Assembly: GCF_009914755.1 (NCBI RefSeq)
Contig: NC_060935.1
From: the human T2T-CHM13v2.0 reference genome, Homo sapiens
Strand: one strand, 5' to 3'
DNA length: 64,000 nt
The position numbers and the translations under genes were made by a program. How positions within the stretch are numbered: position 1 is the stretch's first letter; each line of letters opens with the position of its first letter. Shown one piece after another: positions 14,721-29,930 of this stretch. The notes beneath the pieces are model-generated. The model did no database searches. It was not told the origin of the DNA and saw only the letters and a program-made list of their open reading frames with translations.

Positions 14721-15743
14721 GTCTAAAGTGAGAGTGAATGTAAATACAATCCGTCCACTTTGTCCCTCCTGATGTGGATGTGAATGTATACTGCTGCTAC
14801 TAGGAAGTAAAGAATTGAGACCGATAATTCCAAATGCCACTTGTAAGATTCCATTTACATAAAACATTATAAGTGTTCACTAAACAGATAATTATAGTTA
14901 AGTTTGGGGGATGTAATTTAAGATTATTCTTATTTGTTCTATTTTTTCTGAAATATGCAAAAATTTAAAAAATTAAATTAAATTTTATTTTAAACTGACA
15001 ATAATTATGCATAGTCATAGTGATGTTTTGGTGCATACCATGTATAGTGATCAGATCAGGGTGATTAGCATATTTATAATCTCAAACATTTCTCATTTCT
15101 TTGTGTTGAGGACATTCAATATACATATGTATTCAAAAATATACTAACATTTTGAAAACTAAATGAAGAATTAAAAAAATTATATTCCCTCTTTTTTTCC
15201 TGGCCTGATCAGAGTTAAATAACCTATCTCTTGGTGTGAAGAATCTAAATGAGAGACTTACTTGCATTTTCCTCATGTATCTAATTCCTAAGGATTGGTC
15301 AGAATTCTTACTTCTTAAGGAGGTACAATACAAATGGAAGATCTTCTATCTAGTTGAGAAGAATGCTTCTGTCTTATTTTTCCTTTGCTATGTAGATGAT
15401 TAACTCTTCTAGCTTTATCCAGTATTAAGGTATAGATATAGTGACAGGACTAACAACAATAAGATAACAACAGGCACACACTTGGATAGTTGTGACAAGA
15501 TCTGGACTCTGGCCCTTCCTATGTCATTGATATGTAATGTACCAGTGGGTGGATCATGTTCATTCTTTGGGGCTTGTAAGTTTGCATCAATATACACAGG
15601 CATACTTCCAGGGACAGGAAGCTACATGCACATATATGCACTTATGTGTACGTGAATGATCATTTCATGCTTGGTGAGCTGAGTTCTCACAGAAACTTTA
15701 GTATCAGGAGCCCTGTACCACCAAACACGGAGGGACATCCTAC

Positions 15744-16715
15744 TCACTGAGCACCACCCACCTTCCTGGGCTGCAACCTGTTGAGTATTCTCTTTCTAAT
15801 CTCCTTCATCTTGACACTATAGAGAATAGGGTTTATCAATGGAGGAAGAAGGAAATGGACATAGGATAGAAGAGTATGGGTATGCTGAGTGATTGGCAGC
15901 TCAGGATGGTTAATCAGTGCCAGGAGGATCATAGGGATATAGAAGAGGAGCACTGCAGAGAGGTGGGCAGCACAGGTTTGACCAGCCTTCCAGCGATCCT
16001 CTCTGGACTCCACACCTTGCAACACCTTGCCAATCAGGCCATAGGAGAAGAAAATAAGCAGGGGGTCCAAACCCATGGCTGAAAGAACCACAAATAGGCT
16101 GTAGGCTGCACCCCAAGCTTCTGGGCAGGCCAAACGAGCCACATCTGGATGCAAGCAATAAGAATGGGTTAGGACCTGTGGGCGGCAGTAGGGCATGTAG
16201 GCCAGCAGGAATGGCAGGGGCAGATGGAGACCCAGGCATCGAAAAGAAATGGCCAGGCTGATTTTGCTAATTACACCATTGGTGAGGAGCGCTGGGTAGT
16301 GGAGAGGTCGGCAGATGGCCAGTGCCCGATCAATGGACATGGCGAGCAAGACAGAGGACTCCATGACAGAAAAGACATGGATAAAAACCATCTGTAGAAG
16401 GCAGGCTGAGGCAGGGACAGTGTGAGCACCAGCAAGGGCGATGCCCAGCAGTGTGGGCATCAGGGCAGTGACCAATCCAATATCAGACACACTAAGCAAG
16501 AAGAGGAAGAAGTGCATTGGGCGGTGCAGGGCGGGCTGCAGGGCATTGATCCAGAGGATGGTGCCATTTCCCAGTGCAGAGAGAAGGTAGACAGCAATGA
16601 GGGGCAATGTCCACCAGGAGGGTGCACCTGATAGGCCTGGCATGCCCACCAGCAAGAAGGTGGGGGCCATTGAAGTGCTGCTATTGGGGGCTATCTGAGT
16701 TGGTAATGTTGACAT
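15744..16715 (-). CDS. OR51S1: Olfactory receptor 51S1, intact, 323 aa
   Basis: 7TM class I OR motifs (GNGTIL, LHRPMHFFL, MSIDRALAICRPLHY, HSYCLHPD, PPLINPILYS); recognised N-terminus MSTLPTQIAP and C-terminus KVGGAQ. Confidence 0.96.
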   Translation of the reverse strand: MSTLPTQIAPNSSTSMAPTFLLVGMPGLSGAPSWWTLPLIAVYLLSALGNGTILWINALQPALHRPMHFFLFLLSVSDIGLVTALMPTLLGIALAGAHTVPASACLLQMVFIHVFSVMESSVLLAMSIDRALAICRPLHYPALLTNGVISKISLAISFRCLGLHLPLPFLLAYMPYCRPQVLTHSYCLHPDVARLACPEAWGAAYSLFVVLSAMGLDPLLIFFSYGLIGKVLQGVESREDRWKAGQTCAAHLSAVLLFYIPMILLALINHPELPITQHTHTLLSYVHFLLPPLINPILYSVKMKEIRKRILNRLQPRKVGGAQ

Positions 16716-16745
16716 AGTTCAGGATTCCACGTTGAACTCTGGAAC

Positions 16746-16765
16746 CTGAAAAATGATTAGAAAGG
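16746..16765 (-). promoter_or_regulatory. Splice acceptor of the OR51S1 coding exon
   Basis: Minus strand ctttctaatcatttttcag|GTTCC, 30 nt upstream of the ATG. Confidence 0.65.
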
Positions 16766-17354
16766 TTTACTTAATTGCGTGCCAAATTTGCATGAAACGT
16801 TCCAAAATAGCCTGCATCTTCCCTTCCCTGACTCATGCACTCACATACACGTACACATATACACATTTCCTCCCTGTGCACGCACCCATCCTAATAGTAT
16901 ATGCAGCATTCATTCCTTGCCTTTGAGGTTTTTCTATAGCTGTCCTCATAGCTCTGTGGTTCTGTTTCTTTTCCTAGATTGTTTTCACATGTTTTTTTAG
17001 CTTGCCTCTCCCTGTAGTGTTATCCTATTTTTTCCCTCCCTTTATGACAAACACTTTAGGAAACAGTCCATTTATCCATATTTTTTTCTCTTCCCAACCC
17101 CAGACAGTCTGACTTCTAGACTGCCTTAAGATACTTACATTTTGGTGCACTTTAACTGTTCTTATTAAGTCCCCAATTACTCCTTTATTTCTAAATTAAG
17201 GGGCACTCATTTTTTCTAAGCTTGATTTATTTCTTAATGAGCTTTGGCTACTATGGATCTATTTTTTACTTTTTTAAAAATTCTCCCTTTCAGAATTTAG
17301 CCTTTTACTTAACTTTGCTGTGTCCCTATGATTTATACATGGGTATTTAAAATT

Positions 17355-17620
17355 TTTATTTTATTGAAATGTAATAATTGCACATATTTAAAGGGGTGCA
17401 TGTGGTATTTTGTTACATGCATAGAATGTGAAATGATAAAGTCAGGGTATTTAGGACATCCATCGCCTTGAGTAATTATAATTTTTATATGTTGGAACAT
17501 TTCAAGTTCTGTCTACTAGCTATTTTGAAATATACAATACATTGTTGTTAACTATAGTCACCCTACTTGGCTACTGAACATTATAACTTATTTCTTCTAT
17601 CTAAGTGTATGTTTATATTT
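17355..17620 (-). mobile_element. L1MA 3' fragment (a similar piece lies at about 14985-15125)
   Basis: aataattgcacatattta...ctattttgaaatatacaatacattgttgttaactatagtcacc. Confidence 0.7.
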
Positions 17621-18168
17621 TTGAGATATTTTTCCTTGGCCCTCTTTATTTTCCTAAGTGGTCTTATCTACTCTCATGACATCAACTCGAGTCTACAAAC
17701 AGATGAATTACTAATATATATTCCCAGATCCTTCTAGGTTCATCTTACCTTGGATGTTCCAGGCAATTTAAATTCAAATAATCCAAAGCAGATCTTAACA
17801 GACACATCTTAATGCCTCTTTCAGAGTCATCAGTTAGGAAACAGTGAAGAGGAATTTATGTCAATAGCAAAACCAATAAGACACTCGTTTGTTCCCTAAG
17901 TCAGTTGTTGGTGCCACCATTAATCAATTTCCCAAAATAAAAACCTGAGAATTAGCTTCTCCTCACATGTAATATCCAAATATTATTTATAATTTTAACA
18001 AGAAGGACTGGACACACACCATAGTCATATTTTCTTCCCTGCCCAAATGCCCAGAAAGATTGGAACTGAAATTCTGGACAAAAAGACCACGAAAATTGGG
18101 ATCTAAAGAAAAGTAAAATAAAAAAACTTGCTAGGTTTTGTTTTCAGGATAATGATATAGATACAAGT

Positions 18169-18552
18169 TAACCCTAAACATTTATTACAAAAATTCCAAA
18201 TACATATGTTATAAAATATTATGTTAAAATTTTAAATAAAATATAACTTTCAAGCTAAAAAAGGAAGATAAATGCAACAAAAACCTTAATCCCACAGACT
18301 TTTAAAAAGCAATAAATAGAAACAGACATTCATTTCCAGTGTGATGGAGTGAGGAGGCTAACCCTAAACATTTATTACAAAAATTCCAAATACATATGTT
18401 ATAAAATATTATGTTAAATTTTTTAATAAAATATAACTTTCAAGCTAAAAAAGGAAGATAAATGCAACAAAACCCTTAATCCCACAGACTTTTAAAAAGC
18501 AATAAATAGAAACAGACATTCATTTCCAGTGTGATGGAGTGAGGAGGCTAAC
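18169..18552 (+). repeat. 190-bp x2 tandem duplication
   Basis: Units 18169-18358 and 18359-18548, 3 mismatches, TAAC at all three junctions. Confidence 0.97.
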
Positions 18553-18999
18553 ACATCCTCTCCCCTACAAAGCATGTATAAAGCTGGCAAGCTGTCAATA
18601 AGATCCATTTTGACACCCTGGAAATCCATTAGAGATATAAGCTTGTTTATTGAAACGACTGAACTTTGGAAAATAACAGCCAGTTGCCTAGCATTTTGGC
18701 AAGGCTGCTTCATTCCACTGCCTCCAGCTCTATCAACAGTGGTCAGATAAGGAAACCCCACAGCTTTGTTCCTGTACTCGTGAGGCAGCTTCCGTGATTT
18801 GGAGCTCTGTCAGTTAGCACGGCAATTTTGGTGGCAAGGAAATAGGGAGGGCCAGCAACTCCACTACCCTGAGGTTCTGGTCCTCTTTGGGGTAATGTGT
18901 CCACCAGCAGACTAGGTGAGGATTTAACACAGAGTTCTGGCTGAAAAATAAAACCAGATGGTAACTGGAATCTATAGGAAGAAATGAAGAGTACTGGAC

Positions 19000-21600
19000 A
19001 TACTCAATATATGGGTAAATGTGAAGGACTCTATACACGTTTTAGTTAATTTTCCCTAAATTTCCTTAACAGGCTTGAATTGGATGAAAAAATAATTATA
19101 ATACTCTATTGTCGAGTAAATTATATATATTATATATGTGTGTGTCTGTATATGTATGTATATATATTATAATAATAGCACAACAAGGGGGAGGAATTAA
19201 ACATTTATTAAAACAAAACTTTTGAATTTTACTGGAATTAAGTTAATATTATTCTGAAGTAAATTATATAGTAATGTGCATATTGTAATTTATAGAACAA
19301 TCACTAATAAAATGGTAAAAAAATAAAAAGATGAATTGAAATCATTCACCAAAAACATTTAAACAAATGTAATGCAATGAAAAAGCAGTGGAACAAAAAA
19401 AGACACAAGACTAACAGAAAACAAATAGCAAAATGACAGGTGAAATTTCAACCATATCAATAATCACAAAGTGAATGGACTAAGCATGCATCATAAAAGG
19501 CACATTGTTATGTAGAATAGAAAAGCAAGTTATAACTATATTCTGTATACAAAAGACATACCATAGATTCAAAGAAGTAAATAGTTGAAAGTAAGAAGGT
19601 CGAAAATTATATACCCCACAAAAATACGTGAGAGATGGAGTGGCTATACTAATATCATATAACAATCATAAATGCATATATAAAGAACACTAGATCCCTA
19701 AAATACATGAACCAAAACTGATAAAATTAAAGAGTGAGATAAGCAATTTACCAATAATAGTTGAAGATTTTAATATCCCAAACTCAATAATTGATAAAAC
19801 AATTGAAAAAAATACACAAGGAAATAGAAATCTTTTGAAAAACACCATGAATCGGAAATGACATTTATATAATACTCTCCACAATAGCAGACTGCATATT
19901 CTTTTCAAGCACATATAGAATTTTCTGTGTGAAGAACTGTAGGCTGGGAGGCAAAATAAGCTTTAATAATTTTTAAAATATTCATATCATACAGAGCATA
20001 TTCATTTCTCAAATCAATAACCTAAGCTTCCTTAAGTATTTACAAAACAAAGAACGATCAATAGCCAAACTAAACAAGTGTTGGTGAGAATGTGGAGAAA
20101 AGGGAATCCTTTACATTGTTGGTAGGAGTATAAATTTGTACACCCATTATGAAGAATAGTATAAAAGTTCTTCAAAAAATTGAAAATAAAACCACCATAT
20201 TATTCAGCATTCCCACTTCTGGATATGTATTCAATGGAAAGAAAGCCATGATCTCAAAGAGATATCTTCACTCCCGTGTCCATTGAAGCATTATTCATAA
20301 TAGCCAAGATATGGAAACAAGTGTTCATTGATGTACGAAGAGGTTAAAAAGTGTGATAGATATATAATATTCAGCCTTAAAAAAGAAAAACAACCTGTCA
20401 TTTGCAACAGCATGGATAAATATGGAGGATATTATGCCAAGTGAAATAAGTCAGACACAGTAAGAAAAATGCTGCACGACCTCACTTTTGTGTGAACTCT
20501 AACAAAGTCAAACTCATAGAAACAGAACAGAAGGGTGATTATCAGGGTTTGAGGGGATGTGGGGGAAATAGGGAAATGTGAGTCAAAGGATAGAAACTTA
20601 CAGTTATAAGATGTGTAAGTGTTAGAGGCTTAATGTACAGCATGATGATTATAGGTATTAATAATATATTGTATACTTGAAATTTGCCAAAGGGCACCTC
20701 TTAGGTATCCTCCAAACACACACACCCATACAAACATGCACACACACACATACAAGGGTAACTATGTGAGGTAATAAATATGTTAATTGGCTTGATTGTG
20801 GTCAACATTTCACAAGGTATACATATATCAAAACATCATATTGTACACCTTGAATATAGACAATTTTAAAATGTCAATTATACTTTAATAAAGCTGAAAA
20901 TAATGGAATAAAATTAAAAAAACAAAATAAGTACAGGTGACATAATTAAAGATTAAAAAATTGAAAACCCTTAGCAAGCCTTAAAGAGAAAACAAAAGAT
21001 GCAAATTACCAAAATCAGGAATGCAATGTGGGATAACACTATTAGACAATTAGTTGAAATTTTTAAAATCCTAGAAAAATAAAAATTATAAAACTGACTC
21101 AAGAAGAAATAGCAATTCTAAACAGACCTATAACAAATAAAGTCAATTACTAATTAAAACTCTTCCTACTAAAAAATGCCAAGGTCCAGATGATTTCATG
21201 GGTGAATTAGATCACATATTAAAAGAAGAAATAATAACTAATGCTTCTCATAATGCTTTAAAAATAGAGAAGGATTTTATAAAATCCTACTCAATCCAGA
21301 AGTAGAGTGTAATCTTGATTCTAAAGCCAAATCATAACAAAAAACATAGCACTGACAAATTTTCCTGAAGTAAATAGACATATAAATTCTTAATATTAGC
21401 AAATTAAATTTGGCTACATAAAAAAAAAATTCTGCACTGTGATTTTGTGGAATTTATGCGTAAGTGCAGAGTTGGTTTTGTATTTCAACATCAACTAATA
21501 CACATTAGAAAAAAGGACAAAAATTGCATGGTCATCTCAATAGGCACAGAAAATCATGTGTCAAATCATGTACTCACTCATGATAAAAACTCTAAATAAG
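19000..21600 (+). mobile_element. Old L1M fragments with a nested L1MA/MB 3' end (about 20065-20900)
   Basis: Decayed ORF2 endonuclease/RT-like A-rich sequence and L1M 3'UTR motifs. Confidence 0.7.
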
Positions 21601-26765
<5,165 letters not shown>

Positions 26766-27161
26766 TGATAACCAAGGGTGAAATATAACTAAATATTTTA
26801 TGAATAAACATACATTAGTGTTATCTGGATAAATGTGATAATTTGTTCTCACTGATGCTCATCTCCCGTGTCATAGAAAAGTGTGAAGCTACTTAATAAA
26901 TTAGATTTTGTGATACCATATTTCAAAATACACACATTCCAAAATATAGTATATACAGAACAATAATGACCTGTTATGTATCTTCACCCACAAGCCTTAC
27001 CCACTCCTGCATTTCCCCAGATGTGCAAAATTTGATGCACCATAACTGTGGAAAATTAAATAATTAATTCTTCCAGTGGATACTTACTCTGCTTCTTACA
27101 CATGATTCCATTCTACTAGACCCTATTTTTTTTGCCTCTGGAACACTTGAAAGATCATTCT

Positions 27162-28070
27162 TCAAATTTGCTTGGTCTTCACACTGTAGACAATGGGGTT
27201 TAGCACAGGCGGGAGCAGTAGGTATATATCAGCCATGACCATGTGCACTACTGGTGATAAATGCTCCGAAAATCTGTGGATCATGGAGGCAGCACCCATA
27301 AAAGGAACATAGAAGAGGAGCACGGTAGACATGTGAGAGAGGCATGTGCTGAGGGTTTTCAGCCTTTCACCTCTGGAGACAATGCCCAGCACAGTCTTCA
27401 GGGTGAGTACATAAGACAGTAGAGTGAGGAGAACATCGAGCCCCAGTGTGAAGATGACGACGATGAGGCCGTAGAGGCTGTTGATGCGGGTGCTGGCACA
27501 AGCTAGCCGCATCATGTTTTGGTGAAGACAGTATGAATGAGACAAGACATTGGAATGGCAGAAGGGTAGGCACTTTATAAGGAAGGGCACAGGGAATACC
27601 ACACAGACTGCCCGGGTGAGGACAGCTATTCCAGTCTTTCGAATAACATCGTGAGTGAGGATGGAAACATAGTGTAATGGGTTTCGGATGGCCACAAATC
27701 TGTCAAAGGCCATGGACACTAGGACTCCTGATTCTACTATTCCAAATACATGGATGAAGAACATCTGCATGATGCATGCATCAAAAACAATCTGAGGGGC
27801 ATTAAACCAGTAGATGCTGAGCATGGAGGGCAAGGTGGACATGGAGAGACTAACGTCAGTGAGAGCCAAGATAGAAAGGAAGTAATACGTGGGCTCATGG
27901 AGACTTGGCTCCACCTTGATGACAGCTAGGATGGTACCATTTCCCAGGAGTGTGAGTGTGTAGAGAAATCCCAGGGGAAAGGCCAACCATGGGTTCTTGT
28001 CTGGCGTTCCTGGGATACCTGTCAGAATGAAGTTACGGTGGTTGGCCTGTGATGCATTCAAGTTCGTCAT
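27162..28070 (-). CDS. OR51H1: Olfactory receptor 51H1, 302 aa, C-terminally short (borderline gene/pseudogene)
   Basis: [38 protein letters not shown]; open frame through TM7. Confidence 0.9.
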   Translation of the reverse strand: MTNLNASQANHRNFILTGIPGTPDKNPWLAFPLGFLYTLTLLGNGTILAVIKVEPSLHEPTYYFLSILALTDVSLSMSTLPSMLSIYWFNAPQIVFDACIMQMFFIHVFGIVESGVLVSMAFDRFVAIRNPLHYVSILTHDVIRKTGIAVLTRAVCVVFPVPFLIKCLPFCHSNVLSHSYCLHQNMMRLACASTRINSLYGLIVVIFTLGLDVLLTLLSYVLTLKTVLGIVSRGERLKTLSTCLSHMSTVLLFYVPFMGAASMIHRFSEHLSPVVHMVMADIYLLLPPVLNPIVYSVKTKQI

Positions 28071-28561
28071 GTTGTTCTCACCATCGGGTGGGGCTGGACT
28101 CCTCCACTTGGCTCACAGCTCCTAAATTGAATATATATTCTCATATGGACAGAACAATGGCTTTATGAATGCATAGTAGAATAGCAGAGGAAAGAATAAA
28201 GTTAAAAAACATTTAGATGATATTTGTAACACTGTGTCTTTTTCCTTCCTACACAGTCACATGTGATTACCTCCCTTCTCTTGGAATAAATTTCTTTATT
28301 TGAAAAATGGGAACAAGAGTAAACATCCAGTGTTTAGACAGTAAAAAATTTTGATATCTCCTTTGATATCTCCTCATATAGTTTTCAAGTTTTAGCAGAA
28401 AAGAAGTAGACATAACCAAGATCTTAATAACATAGAGCATATTGCTAAATAATTTTTTAAAACCCCATTAAAACCTCACAATACCATCACCAGACACCCA
28501 CAACTACATACAATCCCACTGTCATCACAACCTACATCCACATAAATCCATGTGTATAAGG

Positions 28562-29020
28562 GTATTATATATATATATATATCATATATACTTCCATATA
28601 TATCATATATACTTCCATATGTATATACATATACATATAGATACACACAGTTTCCAAGTATATACATATAGAAGTATATATGTATTTAGAAGTATATACA
28701 TATAGATACATACAGTTTCCAAGTATATACATATAGAAGTATATATCTATACAGAAGTTTATACATATAGATACATATACATGCAGATACATACAGTTTC
28801 CAAGTATATACATATATGCTTCTATAAATAGAAGTATATACAATATATATTACATATATGTGTATATACGATAGGATAGGTACTCTATATATATACATAC
28901 GCATAAATGTATTAGGTTGGTGCAAAAGTAATTGCAGTTTTTGCCTTTTTAAAATCTAATATGTTCATATGTGTGTGTGTATATATATGTATATATGTAT
29001 ATATATATAGAGAGAGGGAA
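28562..29020. repeat. TA-rich low-complexity minisatellite containing three copies of acagtttccaagtatatacatata
   Basis: Copies near 28647, 28712 and 28793 in a (TA/CA) matrix. Confidence 0.9.
28912..28950. mobile_element. Half MADE1 / solo Hsmar1 TIR
   Basis: ttaggttggtgcaaaagtaattgcagtttttgcc. Confidence 0.85.
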
Positions 29021-29219
29021 TGTATCCTGGATATCTGTTGTAAGGATAATTTTAATGAATTACATATGCAAATGACACATTATTGGATGAAATTATTCAA
29101 ATTAATATTTAATCTTCAGAAATTTCAACAGTTTATAATTTTCCATAGTCTTATTTTAAGGTAGGTAGAAGAAGATAAAAGTTATTGGCTCATAAACAAC
29201 CACACATAAAGTATAATAT

Positions 29220-29930
29220 AATACTTAGCCCAGTTCCTTCAGGCTCCCTAACTGATCTTTCTGTACCCATGAGTGCCGCCTTCTAATACATTCTTCATTT
29301 GGCAGTTAGAATAGACTTTTTTAAAACAAATATAAATCTCATTTATTCATCTCAAGCAAAACTCCTTTAAGGGTTCCCAATGTACTTAGAAGAAAGCTCT
29401 AAATCCTTATCTTAGCCTTCAACGTAAAGCAAGATTCAACCCCTACCTACCTCTGCAGCACCAACTCACACCATTTACTCTCCCCTTCAGTCTCTTTAAT
29501 CCAGCCAAATTTGCCGTCTTTAAGTTCCTGGGTCCCAGTGAGATACTTCCTGATGTAGAATTTCTACATGCATTATATCCAGATATTTATGTTTTTCTTC
29601 ACCCCTAGTGAAGCTCTCCTTTACCTAAGCAAAGCCTAGCTATCCTTCCCAATTATGCCGATTCCAAATATCCATAGTAGCTTAAGGTTTCCACATATGC
29701 TGTTTTCACATTTGTGGGCTCTTCTTTCTTTCCAGTGAGTATAGCTAAACATTGCGTAGGTATTTGTTTAATGTCCATCTCTCCTACTAGAAGTTAAAAC
29801 TTCCTGATGTAAAGGACTATTTTATGGTTCATCACCTCATTGAGCATATGTAAGGCATTTATTAATTTTTCCCTATTAGTGCAATGAAGACATAAAACAA
29901 TGAATGGGTGAATATGGATGATTGAATGTC
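29220..29930 (+). mobile_element. L2 3' relic
   Basis: L2-like decayed sequence ending in tgaatg-type repeats. Confidence 0.5.

Noticed and set aside
15876-16631. Antisense and alternative-frame ORFs over the OR genes
   Set aside because: Expected shadow ORFs of coding sequence
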